A DNA stretch of 64,000 nt. Origin: Desulfosudaceae bacterium (GTDB lineage Bacteria > Desulfobacterota > Desulfobacteria > Desulfobacterales > Desulfosudaceae). A model generated the notes under the pieces. The model ran no database searches and was not told the DNA's origin. It saw only the letters and a program-made list of their open reading frames with translations. The stretch lies in NCBI GenBank assembly GCA_963674745.2, contig CAXXDV010000003.1, positions 544,001 to 608,000 on the forward strand. Reading direction: 5' to 3'. The translations under genes were made by a program, and so were the position numbers. Shown in pieces: positions 20,783 through 31,119 of this stretch. Each line of letters begins with the position of its first letter. The stretch's first letter is position 1.

Positions 20783-22165
20783 ATGCCTAAAAAATTTAAA
20801 AATGATTATTGGCTAAAGGTTGCAGCTGCACGAAAAGAAGCACCTCAGCCCGGCTTTTCCAAAATTCCATCCAGAGAAAATTTAATCGGTTCAAATCAAA
20901 AAAATGTCGGCAGATGGGGGCCTGAAAATATTAAAGCATGGTTACTTTATTCTCTCGTTATGGTGTGGGTTGTCCGCAATACCATTTTTATTCGAAGGCG
21001 CCCGGGCGATTTGTATGCCGCTCTTGATACCATGGCAATGTTTCAGGTCGGTATTGTTTTCGCTATACTGTTGATCCTCCTTTCAGGGCCAGGCTTAAAA
21101 CTCTTGGCGCAAATCAAACATTCATCATTAAAATTTTATTTTTTGTATTATTTATTGGCTTTACTGTCCGCTGCCTGGTCGATCAATCCGGCGTTTTCTT
21201 TCTATCGTGCCCTGGAAGTTCTAGCGCTTTCTTTGGCGGTACTTGTTTTTTGTGCCAGCGGGATTGATACGGAGAAAAATATCAAACGAACACGTATTGT
21301 TGTTTGGTCTGTCGTGTTAATGATAGCAGCCGCATCGGCAAGATCCGGCTCTTTCTGGAATTTGCGGAACAACACCCTGGGAGCGGCGGCAGTCATGGCC
21401 GCCTGTTTTTTTATCGCCTGGATATTGGCGGGGCGGGAACAAAAAAAAGATCGAAAGCGCCTGATTCAGGGCAGTATCGGACTGTCAATCGTTCTTTTAT
21501 CCTTTAGTCTGGCCAGCTGGTGGTCTTTCTGGTTCGGGATCCTCTATTGCGCTGTTTTCAGCCGTCGCAAGAGCCTTATCTTTGGACTGTTCGCTGTCGG
21601 GGTACTGATTTTTTTCATACTGGGGACAGATACCCGCGAGAATCTTCTTGTACGTGACAAAGCACCTGATGAGATTCAAACATTGACCGGCCGAAAAATA
21701 CTTTGGGCAGATTTCTGGTCCGCTTCCATGGAACGGCCGGTTGCCGGGTTTGGCTTTGCCATCGGAGCCAGGGAGGTCAGCACGATATATACTACCAATA
21801 CCCATAATCTGTTTTTTGGCGCCCTGCTTAGTTTAGGCTGGGTGGGCGTAATACTTTGGAGCATGTTTTATTTTGCACTTTTCCAGGAGTTGATAAAATA
21901 CCGACACTCAAGAAACCCTCCCTGGCTTGCCTGTGCGGCAGCTTTAGCCGCCGGAACATTAAACAGCATGTCGCTGTCGATTTTGAGTGAACAATGGAGC
22001 GCGGCCACAACGGTTTTCATCGCTTTTTTGGGCCTTCATATGCGTTTTTTACAAGAAGCCAAACAAATCAAACAGGAGCAGCCTGACCTATCTTACGGGT
22101 TGCGTTTCTCTCGGGTATCGTCCTGGGGCAGACGGCCCTGGTCCCCTAATGATCCGATAAGGTGA
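20783..22165 (+). CDS. Wzy_C-domain protein (polysaccharide polymerase / O-antigen ligase family)
   Basis: About 11 TM segments; TLTGR..LW, P.AGFG, THN motifs. Confidence 0.8.
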   Translation: MPKKFKNDYWLKVAAARKEAPQPGFSKIPSRENLIGSNQKNVGRWGPENIKAWLLYSLVMVWVVRNTIFIRRRPGDLYAALDTMAMFQVGIVFAILLILLSGPGLKLLAQIKHSSLKFYFLYYLLALLSAAWSINPAFSFYRALEVLALSLAVLVFCASGIDTEKNIKRTRIVVWSVVLMIAAASARSGSFWNLRNNTLGAAAVMAACFFIAWILAGREQKKDRKRLIQGSIGLSIVLLSFSLASWWSFWFGILYCAVFSRRKSLIFGLFAVGVLIFFILGTDTRENLLVRDKAPDEIQTLTGRKILWADFWSASMERPVAGFGFAIGAREVSTIYTTNTHNLFFGALLSLGWVGVILWSMFYFALFQELIKYRHSRNPPWLACAAALAAGTLNSMSLSILSEQWSAATTVFIAFLGLHMRFLQEAKQIKQEQPDLSYGLRFSRVSSWGRRPWSPNDPIR

Positions 22166-22178
22166 TAGACCGACAATT

Positions 22179-23348
22179 ATGAAAATTTTGATTGCCCATA
22201 ATGAGTATGGGGCCCCCAGCGGCGAAGAGCATGCTCTGGGCGTTATTGCCGACTTGTTGAAGGACAACGGACATCAGGTGAAGTGGTTTTTACGATCTTC
22301 GGCTGAAATTCATGGCTTTGCCGACAAGATCAGCGCTTTTTTCTCAGGTATTCATAACCCTCGCACATGTAAGCGTCTTTGCTCTTTTTTAAGAAAGGAA
22401 CCTGTAGATGCGGCTTTGGTTCAGAACCTTTACCCGTTTCTTTCTCCTTCCATTTTGCCGATATTTAAACGCTCAGGAATTCCGGTTGTGATGCGCTGCC
22501 CCAACTATCGACTCTTCTGCCCCAGCGGCCTGCATCTGTCCCACGGAGACATTTGTGAACGATGCCTGAACGGCAAGGAGTACTGGTGCGTCATCAGAAA
22601 TTGCGAAAACAGTCTTTCGAAAAGCATGGGGTATGCATTACGAAATGCCGCAGCCCGGATAACCCGGCGGATCGTGGATAATGTCGACCTTTTTGTGGTT
22701 TTGTCTGAGTTCCAGCGCATGCGATTTATAGAAGGTGGGATTCCGGAAGATCGCTTGGCCCTTCTGCCGAATACTGCTCCGGAAGTTGAATCTGAAATAC
22801 CGTCCGGTCCGGGCGATTTTGTTTCTTTTGTTGGCCGGGTGAGCCCGGAAAAAGGAATTAACGATTTCGTTTCCTGTGCCAGGCGTTTACCGGACGTGAC
22901 CTTTGCCGTGGCCGGACATTATGACCAAATGCCGGACCTGGTAAACAGTTCACCGGCCAATGTCCAATGGCGGGGATTTTTAAAAGGAGCGGAACTGGAT
23001 GCCTTTTATCAGCGGTCACGCATGCTGATCGTCCCTGGCCGTTGGTTCGAGGGCTTTCCAAATGTTATTATACGAGCCATGGCGTTTGGTAAGCCTGTCG
23101 TTGCTTCACGCCTTGGCGCTATCCCCGAGATCGTAGAACATGAGCGGACCGGCCTGTTGTTCGAACCCGGAAATGTTGATGCCCTTACTGAATCAGTCCA
23201 GTGCCTTTATTCGAACCCGTCTTTATGTGACCGATTGGGCCGGGCCGGGCAGCTTAAATCCGAGACCGCCTACAGTCGTCGAACGATAAGTGAGACGCTG
23301 GCCACAATTTTTGACTGTGTCTCCCGTTCTAATCGAAAGCCACGTTGA
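22179..23348 (+). CDS. Glycosyltransferase family 4
   Basis: SGEE, YRLFCP Cys cluster, FVGRVSPEKG, EGFPNVIIRAMAFG. Confidence 0.9.
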   Translation: MKILIAHNEYGAPSGEEHALGVIADLLKDNGHQVKWFLRSSAEIHGFADKISAFFSGIHNPRTCKRLCSFLRKEPVDAALVQNLYPFLSPSILPIFKRSGIPVVMRCPNYRLFCPSGLHLSHGDICERCLNGKEYWCVIRNCENSLSKSMGYALRNAAARITRRIVDNVDLFVVLSEFQRMRFIEGGIPEDRLALLPNTAPEVESEIPSGPGDFVSFVGRVSPEKGINDFVSCARRLPDVTFAVAGHYDQMPDLVNSSPANVQWRGFLKGAELDAFYQRSRMLIVPGRWFEGFPNVIIRAMAFGKPVVASRLGAIPEIVEHERTGLLFEPGNVDALTESVQCLYSNPSLCDRLGRAGQLKSETAYSRRTISETLATIFDCVSRSNRKPR

Positions 23349-24322
23349 TATTGCCTGAACCTTCCAAGCAAAGAATTCACATGGTTGATGCAGCCGCCGG
23401 AATTACAATGATTCTTGTGGTTTTTGGACATAACTATTTTGATGACTTCAGGCAGGATTCGATTTATGCCCCATTGAGAATTTTCATTTATCAATTTCAT
23501 ATGTCCGTCTTCTTTTTTTTGTCAGGATTTATCATTTTTTATTCCTTTAAACCGATCAAGTCTATTCCCGAATATTGGCGCTACATTTCCCGAAAAGGAC
23601 GAAAATTTATTCCCATTTATTTTCTTTTGTCCATTTTCTACCTTCTTGCCGATCTGTTTCTCAAAAATCTCAGCCCGGATCAGATTCCTGACCAGGTATA
23701 CAAAATATTCCTTTCTCCGGTTCAAAGCAGCGCCAAATTCTTGTGGTATATTTATGTTTTGATGATTTTTTATCTGATTACACCGGTTCTTAAATCGCTG
23801 CCGCACAAAATGATGTATCTGGTTGTCGCCCTGGCTTTTTTCTTGACCTTAATCCGTTTTCCTTACGAGTTCTCAGCCAACTTGGCGGGAAAGTATTTTT
23901 TATTCTTTATTCTTGGTGGAATGATGGCTGAGCGAATTGATCTGTTAAAAACGATTGTAAAAAAATATGGTTTGATCTCTCTTTGTGTCTTCTGCTTACT
24001 GTTTATTAATGCGTTTGTCGATATAACCGATGTGCCCTATCAGTTGACAAGTGTTATCGCCATCATCAGCATCCTTTATTTGTCGTCACTTTATATTGTG
24101 GAAAAGTTATCGATACTGAAGAAGATTGGCATACATTCTTATTATATTTATCTGTTAAACTCATTAGTCATCGGTACGTTTTATCTCATGTACCATAAGA
24201 CACCGCTTCATGTTTATATCCATCCACGTGTTTATATCGTAATGCTCACAATTTTAGGGACATTGTTGCCCTTATGGTTCAGCATGTTTGACAGTCGCCG
24301 GAACAACACTATTTTGAATTGA
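23345..24322 (+). CDS. Acyltransferase family 3 (membrane O-acyltransferase)
   Basis: LVVFGH, FHMSVFFFLSGF, LWY, SYYIYL motifs; about 10 TM segments. Confidence 0.88.
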   Translation: MILPEPSKQRIHMVDAAAGITMILVVFGHNYFDDFRQDSIYAPLRIFIYQFHMSVFFFLSGFIIFYSFKPIKSIPEYWRYISRKGRKFIPIYFLLSIFYLLADLFLKNLSPDQIPDQVYKIFLSPVQSSAKFLWYIYVLMIFYLITPVLKSLPHKMMYLVVALAFFLTLIRFPYEFSANLAGKYFLFFILGGMMAERIDLLKTIVKKYGLISLCVFCLLFINAFVDITDVPYQLTSVIAIISILYLSSLYIVEKLSILKKIGIHSYYIYLLNSLVIGTFYLMYHKTPLHVYIHPRVYIVMLTILGTLLPLWFSMFDSRRNNTILN

Positions 24323-24368
24323 ATCATCGCTTCTGTTTTACAGGTAACTGCCTATACAGGTTCTTCTC

Positions 24369-25802
24369 ATGTTGTTTACATCTCTTGAATTTTATCTGTT
24401 TTTGGCGGCCGTTTTTTCGATCTGGTTTTGTGTGCCGGTGGCGAGGCGGCCGTTGGTATTGCTTGCGGCAAGTTATGCTTTTTATGCCTGTTGGCAGCCT
24501 TGGTTTGTCGGGGTGCTGCTCTTTTGTACCCTGGTTGGCTGGTCGGCCGGGCGTTTAATGGCCGGTGAGCAGGATAATCGGAAAAAAAAGAAAATTTTGA
24601 TTGCGTCCGTGGGTTTAAACCTATTGCCGTTATTGTTTTTTAAATATGTTAATTTTTTTAACGCTGCGCTGAACGATGCGTTTTCTTTTTTGGGACTGGG
24701 TTATGCCGTTCCGGCGCTGAATATTCTCCTGCCCCTGGGTGTGTCCTTTTACACGTTTCAAACCATTGCCTATTGCGCTGATGTTTATATGGATAAAATC
24801 CAAGCAGAGAAGAATATGGGTGCTTTTGCGCTTTTTCTGGCGTTCTTTCCAAAGCTGATTTCCGGGCCCATAGAGCGGGGAGGTTCCTTTCTGCCGCAGA
24901 TAAAGCGGGCGGATCGTTTTAACAGTGCGCTTTTTGTCTCAGGTGTCCAGCTTTTTTTATGGGGTGTGTTTAAGAAAATTGTCATCGCCGATCGACTGGC
25001 CATGTATGCGGATATGGTGTTTGGTGATCCGCATTCGATGTATGGAAAAACAGTTGTGATCGGGATGTGGATGTTTTCGATTCAGATTTACTGTGATTTT
25101 TCCGCTTACATGGACATGGCCATCGGGTGCGGTCGGATATTCGGGATTGAGTTGAGCCGGAATTTTAATTTTCCGTATATGGCCGGATCCGTGGCGGATT
25201 TCTGGCGACGCTGGCATATTACCCTGACCTCGTGGTTCCGGGATTATGTGTATATCCCTTTGGGAGGTAGACGGGTTGCAACAGGTCGCTGGATATTCAA
25301 CATCATGGCGGTGTTTCTGCTCAGCGGTTTGTGGCACGGGGCGGGCTGGACGTTTATTTTCTGGGGCGTTTTGCATGGTTCGTTTTACCTGATTGGGACG
25401 TTCACTGCGCCGGTACGAAATCGGATACGCGGTTTTTTGGGTATACGCGGAAGATTCGAGGCGATCTGGCAGGTTTTCTTCACGTTTCAACTGGTATCTC
25501 TGGCTTGGGTGTTTTTCCGGGCGCGAACAATTGACGATGCCTTTGTTTTGATACGGAATATGAGCATACACCTGGAACTGCCGGTAAGGATGCTGTCTTC
25601 CCAGTTTTCAACTGCGCTGGCGTTCGGGTTTGCTTTACTGATTGTGGGGCTGGAGCTTTTGATTTACTGGGCTGATCGCAGGGGTATCGACTTGGTGCAG
25701 GTCATACCGCCGGTGGTGAGGTATCCGGGGTATGCGGCGGGGCTCTTGTTGATGGCGCTGTTCGGGGTGAGTAGTAATGAGTTTATATATTTTCAGTTTT
25801 AG
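24369..25802 (+). CDS. MBOAT family O-acyltransferase (AlgI/DltB-like)
   Basis: LPLGVSFYTFQ, SGPIER, QIYCDFSAY, DFWRRWHITL, SGLWHGA, FIYFQF terminus. Confidence 0.95.
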   Translation: MLFTSLEFYLFLAAVFSIWFCVPVARRPLVLLAASYAFYACWQPWFVGVLLFCTLVGWSAGRLMAGEQDNRKKKKILIASVGLNLLPLLFFKYVNFFNAALNDAFSFLGLGYAVPALNILLPLGVSFYTFQTIAYCADVYMDKIQAEKNMGAFALFLAFFPKLISGPIERGGSFLPQIKRADRFNSALFVSGVQLFLWGVFKKIVIADRLAMYADMVFGDPHSMYGKTVVIGMWMFSIQIYCDFSAYMDMAIGCGRIFGIELSRNFNFPYMAGSVADFWRRWHITLTSWFRDYVYIPLGGRRVATGRWIFNIMAVFLLSGLWHGAGWTFIFWGVLHGSFYLIGTFTAPVRNRIRGFLGIRGRFEAIWQVFFTFQLVSLAWVFFRARTIDDAFVLIRNMSIHLELPVRMLSSQFSTALAFGFALLIVGLELLIYWADRRGIDLVQVIPPVVRYPGYAAGLLLMALFGVSSNEFIYFQF

Positions 25803-25872
25803 GGCGCTTCGCGCCGTTGAGGGATTGAGATGGGTTTAGGGGTTGAGAGGTTGAGGAGTTGAAGGGTTGATT
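25803..25872 (+). repeat. Degenerate G-rich 8-mer array (nGGGTTGA-like), left flank of four-helix-bundle gene
   Basis: GCGCTTCGCGC mini-hairpin then ...GGGTTTAG GGGTTGAG AGGTTGAG GAGTTGAA GGGTTGA. Confidence 0.8.
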
Positions 25873-25903
25873 TTAATGGTTATATGATGACAGGGAGGTT
25901 GTC

Positions 25904-26282
25904 ATGAAGAAGGCAGAAGCGCATAAATATGGTTTTGAGAAGCTGAATGTCTGGCAAGATTCTCGGAAGCTGGTTATTCAAGTTTATAAAATTACGGCAA
26001 AGTTCCCAAAGGCAGAAACATATTCGTTAATAGACCAAATTCGACGGGCAGCGATTTCTATTCCGGCAAACCTGGCAGAAGGTACCTCGAGAGTAACTTC
26101 CAGGGAACAGGCACGTTTTACCTCTATTTCATATAGCAGTCTTATGGAGTTATTAAGCCATTTTTATCTGGCAATGGATCTGCAATACGTTGAGTTCGAC
26201 ACGTTTGATGCATTAAAGAATGATGTTTTAAATTTCTAATCAGTTGAATGCGTTGCGGAGGGCGCAGCAAGCTGCGCGTTGA
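25904..26282 (+). CDS. Four-helix-bundle protein (23S rRNA-IVP / S23-like), apparent frameshift near C-terminus
   Basis: FEKLNVWQ, FPKAETYSLIDQIRRAAISIPANLAEG motifs. ORF stops at 26239, but the conserved ISNQLNALRR tail continues in another frame to 26282. Confidence 0.88.
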
Positions 26283-26297
26283 GTCGTTTATTCGTTG

Positions 26298-26330
26298 ACT
26301 CAACCCCTCAACCCCTCAACCCCTAAACAA
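26298..26330 (-). repeat. C-rich 8-mer array, reverse complement of the left-flank array
   Basis: ACTCAACC CCTCAACC CCTCAACC CCTAAACA. Confidence 0.85.
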
Positions 26331-26335
26331 CAAAA

Positions 26336-27235
26336 TTGAAAAAACACATACCATCCGCCTTGATTGTTATCGTCCTGTTTTTCATGGGCGACCTGGCGGT
26401 TTTCCATGTGCTTAGGGCCGGGATGGACCGGTATTACGGATTGAACAAGCCGGCGAAGGTTTTGTGTGTAGGCTATTCTCATACGGTGCTGGGGATTGAT
26501 GCCGAAAGAATGAAAAAGGAGCTTGGGGTGCCGGTGGCCAAGTATGCCACGGCCGGGGCCAATACCCTGGATCGAATGTGGATGGTGAGGCATTTTCTGG
26601 ATAAAAAGCCTACGGTGACGACTGTTATCTATGATGTTGATCCGCGCCTGTTTGACTCGGAAGGGTTGAGCTCGGCGTCTTACACCCTTTTTCTGCCGTA
26701 TATCGGTAATCCGGTCATGGGTAAATATTTAAGGCAGGAAACCACATGGCAGGAATATGTGATTGCGAAACTGATTCATACGGCCCGGTTTCGGGATCAG
26801 ACGATTAATATCGCTTTGCGGGGTTTGCTGGACAAAATTGAAAACAAGAAGATGACCCGCATCCGGGTTGACGATTACCGGGCTCGCTTGAGAGAGGAAA
26901 AGGCCAGAAAAATTCGTGTTAATCCGGAAAGCCGGCAATGTTTTCTGGATACAATTGATTTTTTGACAGGTCGAGGTATTAACGTGATCCTGCTCTATAT
27001 TCCTACCATAGACCTTTTGAACGAGATAGACCCGGAGGGGCGGGAAGCGGTGTTGAGTATTTTTCAGGGACTGGCTGATAAAAATGCTAAAGTGTGGTTT
27101 TGGGATTTTAATCGCGATTACCAGCACCGGCATGAATTGTTTTATGACCTGCGGCATTTGAACTGGAAGGGCAATGGGGTGGTGACGGGACGATTGGTTG
27201 ATGACTTAAAAGGTTTGTTGTTTGCGGCGCATTGA
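26336..27235 (+). CDS. SGNH-like periplasmic O-acyltransferase partner (AlgJ/DltD-like)
   Basis: N-terminal TM anchor; GYSH block-I-like and DLRHLN (DxxH) motifs; follows MBOAT gene. Confidence 0.7.
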   Translation: MKKHIPSALIVIVLFFMGDLAVFHVLRAGMDRYYGLNKPAKVLCVGYSHTVLGIDAERMKKELGVPVAKYATAGANTLDRMWMVRHFLDKKPTVTTVIYDVDPRLFDSEGLSSASYTLFLPYIGNPVMGKYLRQETTWQEYVIAKLIHTARFRDQTINIALRGLLDKIENKKMTRIRVDDYRARLREEKARKIRVNPESRQCFLDTIDFLTGRGINVILLYIPTIDLLNEIDPEGREAVLSIFQGLADKNAKVWFWDFNRDYQHRHELFYDLRHLNWKGNGVVTGRLVDDLKGLLFAAH

Positions 27236-27278
27236 TTCTTTCTTGATTTGTGCAGCCGTTTTTTGATGACCGGCAGAT

Positions 27279-27305
27279 CTGGATTCCGGCTTTCGCCGGA
27301 ATGAC
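27279..27305 (+). repeat. Palindromic repeat CTGGATTCCGG-loop-CCGGAATGAC
   Basis: Copies at 27279-27305, 30069-30096 (variant 30108-30130), 33442-33468, 36901-36920; stem co-varies (TTCTGG..CCAGAA at 33442). Confidence 0.85.
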
Positions 27306-27344
27306 AACAAAGTGATGGACTCTGTTTTAGTCGGAATAATAAGT

Positions 27345-28121
27345 ATGCGAAATCTGATAACTGAAAACATATTAAATTGCGCGGTTGTCACTGATCCCCT
27401 GGATGGGTGTCTGGATGTGATTTTCGAGTGGCTTGAGCGTGAGGGCGGGGAGCGGGTGTTTGTGTGTGCCAACCCTCATTCGCTGGTGCTGGCGGAGAAA
27501 GATCCTGTTTTTAAGGCGGCTATTCAATCGGCGGACCTGGTTACGCCGGATGGGGCCGGCATTGTGCTGGCCTCGAGAATACTGGGCGGGAATATAAAAC
27601 AACGGATAACCGGAAGTGACATTTTTGCAGGGCTCAGCCGGAGATTAAACAGTCGCGGGGGCAGGGCGGTGCGTTATTTTTTCCTGGGATCAACTGAGGA
27701 AACCTTGTCTGCCATTAAAACCCGGATGGCTGTGGATTATCCCGGGATAGAAATTGCCGGTACTTATTCGCCACCGTTTAAGGCATCATTCAGTGAAGAT
27801 GACAGCTGTAAAATGATTGCGGCTGTTAATCGGGCTGCCCCGGATGTGCTTTGGGTGGGCATGACCGCGCCCAAACAGGAAAAATGGGTTTATCAGCATA
27901 GAGATAAGCTGAAGGTTAAGTTTATCGGGGCCATTGGCGCGGCTTTTGATTTTTATACCGGCAATGTCAAACGTTCCCATCCTGCTTTTCAGAAAATGGG
28001 ATTGGAATGGCTGCCCCGGTTGGTCAGAGATCCCCGGCGACTTTATGACAGGACCCTGGTATCGGCGCCGAGGTTTTTAATGTTAGTAGTCCGGCAACGC
28101 TTGGGCAAAAAAGATAGTTAG
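27345..28121 (+). CDS. WecG/TagA/CpsF-family (GT26) glycosyltransferase
   Basis: PDGAG, RITGSD, YSPPF, WVGMTAPKQE, GLEWLPRL; start 27345 or 27312. Confidence 0.93.
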   Translation: MRNLITENILNCAVVTDPLDGCLDVIFEWLEREGGERVFVCANPHSLVLAEKDPVFKAAIQSADLVTPDGAGIVLASRILGGNIKQRITGSDIFAGLSRRLNSRGGRAVRYFFLGSTEETLSAIKTRMAVDYPGIEIAGTYSPPFKASFSEDDSCKMIAAVNRAAPDVLWVGMTAPKQEKWVYQHRDKLKVKFIGAIGAAFDFYTGNVKRSHPAFQKMGLEWLPRLVRDPRRLYDRTLVSAPRFLMLVVRQRLGKKDS

Positions 28122-28157
28122 ATGATTAGAATGTTCTGGAAGGGGCCTGAAGGGAAA

Positions 28158-28258
28158 AGTGGTTAAGTGATTATGTGGTTAAGTGTTTAAGGTTTTGACC
28201 GCTTCGCGGGGTTTTAAAGTTTTAAGTGTTAAGGTTTTAGGTGTCAGGTCGGGGTTAA
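28158..28258 (+). repeat. Degenerate G/T-rich 8-mer array
   Basis: AGTGGTTA AGTGATTA TGTGGTTA AGTGTTTA AGGTTTTG, CCGCTTCGCGG hairpin, then GGGTTTTA AAGTTTTA... Confidence 0.85.
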
Positions 28259-28388
28259 GCTTTATTACATGAATTTTGGGCGTTTCAGGCATTAGTTTTT
28301 GGTTAGAATTGACAGATAAAAGTGGAACAACTTTACAAATGGTTCCCAAGGGTATAAATTGTTGTAACAGTAGGAGGTGTCTGGATTT

Positions 28389-29858
28389 ATGACGACGCTG
28401 CTGTTTACACTTCTTGTCTCTCTTTGTTTGTCCCTGGTGCTGACCGTGGTTGCCCGAAATTTAGGTATCAGGTATGGCGCCCTGGATGAACCGGATCAAC
28501 GGAAAGTGCATACCCATCCTATTCCAAGAACCGGCGGCATCGCCATCTTTGCGTCTTTTTTTCTTTCTCTTTTGGCCGTGAGCTTTTTAAATACACCTGT
28601 TGCTGCAGAACTGGAAATCAACCGGAAGATTCTGCTGGTTATTGCCGGGGCGGTCGTCTGCTTTGGTGTTGGCGCTGTCGATGATTTTACCCGGCTCAAA
28701 CCGTCGACCAAGTTTTTGTTTCAGATTATCGGCGCCAGCTCGGCCTATCTGGGCGGTGTTCATATCAGTGCTTTCGCCTTCGGCGGCTGGTCTATCCATT
28801 TCGGGTATCTTACATATTTTGTGACGGTATTCTGGTTTCTGCTGTTTATGAACGCTGTTAACCTGGTCGACGGCCTGGACGGCCTGGCCGGGGGAATTAT
28901 CGTTTTTGCCTCACTGGTCATGATCTTGCTGTCTGTCTTCAGGGAAGATTATTATACTGCCGTGATTTTTACTGCCCTGGCCGGAAGTGTGCTGGGTTTT
29001 CTGCGGTATAACTTTAATCCGGCCTCGGTGTTTATGGGTGATGGCGGCAGTTATTTTCTGGGATACGTGGTGGCTTCTATGGGGATTATCGGCTCTGTCA
29101 AAAGCCAGGTGGCGCCGGCCATGATGATTCCTGTGCTGGCGTTGGGCGTGCCGATTTTTGACACCCTTTTGTCGCCCATCCGCCGGTTTCTTCGTGGGCG
29201 GAAAATGTTTTATCCCGATGACCGGCATGTGCATCACCGTTTGCAGAAGATGGGGCTTTCCACCGCCAAAGTGGTCTGGCTGCTGTATGGCGTGACGGTC
29301 GTGCTTTGTCTGGCCGCCTTGCTGGTGGTGAACATGCGTGATGAGCGGGCCGGGCTTTTTCTGATCCTGCTCGGGCTGGGGGCAATCGTTTTTGTGCGGA
29401 AGCTGGGGTATTTTGAATACCTGGGCGCAGACAAGTTTTTCGGCTGGTTGCGGGATTTGACGGATGATTCGGGATTGAGTCAGCACCGGCGAAGTTTTTT
29501 AAACCACCAGATAGAAGTTTCTCGATCTTCAAATATTGAAGAACTGTGGCAGCGGCTGGTGGCGGCTGGTAAATACCTGCGGCTTGACCATATGGAATTA
29601 AAGCTGAATGATAACATGGATAAATCGGCCGAAGGAAAAAACAAGTATGTCTATACCGATAACGGTTTTGCCCCGGGGGCTTTTGACAGTAACCGGATCA
29701 TGCACGTTACGCTCCCGCTGGCTACAAAAAAACAGGTTTATGGTTGCCTGGCGGTCTATAAGGATCTGGGTAAAGGTGAGATGTTTCCGTTTATGCTGCG
29801 GCGAGTCGAACAGATACGGCGGTCGGTTATCGGGGCACTGGGAAATATGGGTAAATAG
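28389..29858 (+). CDS. wecA: Undecaprenyl-phosphate GlcNAc-1-phosphate transferase (WecA/MraY family) with C-terminal soluble extension
   Basis: RKVH..P.P..GG, DD, NAVNLVDGLDGLA, FNPASVFMGDGGS, PD..HVHH motifs; RBS AGGAGG before ATG 28389 (GTG 28377 is the alternative). Confidence 0.92.
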   Translation: MTTLLFTLLVSLCLSLVLTVVARNLGIRYGALDEPDQRKVHTHPIPRTGGIAIFASFFLSLLAVSFLNTPVAAELEINRKILLVIAGAVVCFGVGAVDDFTRLKPSTKFLFQIIGASSAYLGGVHISAFAFGGWSIHFGYLTYFVTVFWFLLFMNAVNLVDGLDGLAGGIIVFASLVMILLSVFREDYYTAVIFTALAGSVLGFLRYNFNPASVFMGDGGSYFLGYVVASMGIIGSVKSQVAPAMMIPVLALGVPIFDTLLSPIRRFLRGRKMFYPDDRHVHHRLQKMGLSTAKVVWLLYGVTVVLCLAALLVVNMRDERAGLFLILLGLGAIVFVRKLGYFEYLGADKFFGWLRDLTDDSGLSQHRRSFLNHQIEVSRSSNIEELWQRLVAAGKYLRLDHMELKLNDNMDKSAEGKNKYVYTDNGFAPGAFDSNRIMHVTLPLATKKQVYGCLAVYKDLGKGEMFPFMLRRVEQIRRSVIGALGNMGK

Positions 29859-29998
29859 GCTTGGGATCTAAGGGCTTAAGGGTTGCGGGGTTAAGGGGGG
29901 GGGCGAGGATCGGGACTCTAGGTTCGGGGTTCGAGAGGAAGTTGAGGCGCAATATATTGAGTTTTTAATATTTTTGTCTTTTTTTAAGGTTATAATTA

Positions 29999-30027
29999 TT
30001 GACGTATTATTTTTAATTATATATAAT
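29999..30027 (+). promoter_or_regulatory. Sigma70-type promoter
   Basis: TTGACG-17 bp-TATAAT in AT-rich DNA upstream of 30186. Confidence 0.75.
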
Positions 30028-30185
30028 TAAAATGTTTTATTATAAATAGCATCAATTTATGGCCTGAGCTGGATTCCGGGTCAAGCCCGGAATGACGAAG
30101 GTGTAAAGGATTCCGGCAAAAGTCCGGAATAAAAAAATATAGTTAAATGTAAGAATATATAGAAAAAGAATTCCGGGAGGTAGTT

Positions 30186-31040
30186 ATGAAAAAACTTACC
30201 ACAAAAACCGCTGCCGTTTTATTGTTTGTTGTCGCAATAATGATGGTTGTGGTCAGTTTACCCGTCGATGAGGCATGTGCCGCAAGACGTATTATCAGGG
30301 AATCATCTGTCAGCAGTGACTACCAACCCGGGCAGGGTACGCCGATCGGTAAGATCAGTCGTGTTTACGGTAAAGTGTTTGTCATGCACCAGGATATGGG
30401 CGCTATTTATGCCGCTGGAAACGACTTCGCCCTTTATGCCGGCGATACGATCACCACAAAATCAAACGGCAGGATAACGTTTATCATGAAAGATGACAGC
30501 GTGATGACTCTGGCACCGAACACCACCATGGTGCTTAACGAAGCCGTGTTTGATCCGGCGGTTAAAAGGCGGTCCTCCCTGCTCAGCCTGATTTCCGGTA
30601 AAGCTCGTTTTTATGTAAAAAAATTCGCGGATTTTCAAAACTCCACCTTCAGGGTCAAAACCAAAACATCCATCGCGGCGGTGCGGGGGTCGGATTTTGT
30701 TATAGAGATAACCGATGATGATGAGGTGAGAATTACCTGCGGTGACAACACCGTCGTATGGGTTTATCCTGTTGATCCTGCCACTGGCTCGCCGGGTGCA
30801 CCGATAACGGTTAGTTCCTTTCAGCAGTTGGCGCTCAAGCTCGGTGATCTGACAGGTCAGGCAGTAGATATTACGAGTGATGTCTGGACAAATCTTGTGA
30901 ATGCCCTTGGCGGCGGCGGCGATGGTGGTGGCGGCGATGGCGGCGGCCAGGAAGGAGACGGATACGGTGGAACTTTTTTCGGCAACCAGTCCGGTGGCGG
31001 TTCCAACCCGGATACGGTTTCGCCGTCTGACCCTGATTAA
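30186..31040 (+). CDS. Secreted FecR-domain protein with Gly/Asp-rich C-terminal tail
   Basis: Signal peptide; LYAGDTITT, DDS.M.L..NT, VKTKTSIAAVRGSDF FecR-like motifs; GGGGDGGGGDGGG tail; RBS GGAGG. Confidence 0.8.
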   Translation: MKKLTTKTAAVLLFVVAIMMVVVSLPVDEACAARRIIRESSVSSDYQPGQGTPIGKISRVYGKVFVMHQDMGAIYAAGNDFALYAGDTITTKSNGRITFIMKDDSVMTLAPNTTMVLNEAVFDPAVKRRSSLLSLISGKARFYVKKFADFQNSTFRVKTKTSIAAVRGSDFVIEITDDDEVRITCGDNTVVWVYPVDPATGSPGAPITVSSFQQLALKLGDLTGQAVDITSDVWTNLVNALGGGGDGGGGDGGGQEGDGYGGTFFGNQSGGGSNPDTVSPSDPD

Positions 31041-31119
31041 CCGGGAGATGGTCAGTTTTTGATTTTTAAAATGACGTGATGTTTTAAGGAATCGACAATA
31101 CAGTAAATAAGGAGATGTC

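Noticed and set aside
29895..29903. G9 tract as a phase-variable promoter element
   Set aside because: Lies within the repeat array about 95 bp upstream of the -35 box, not in the spacer or a CDS.
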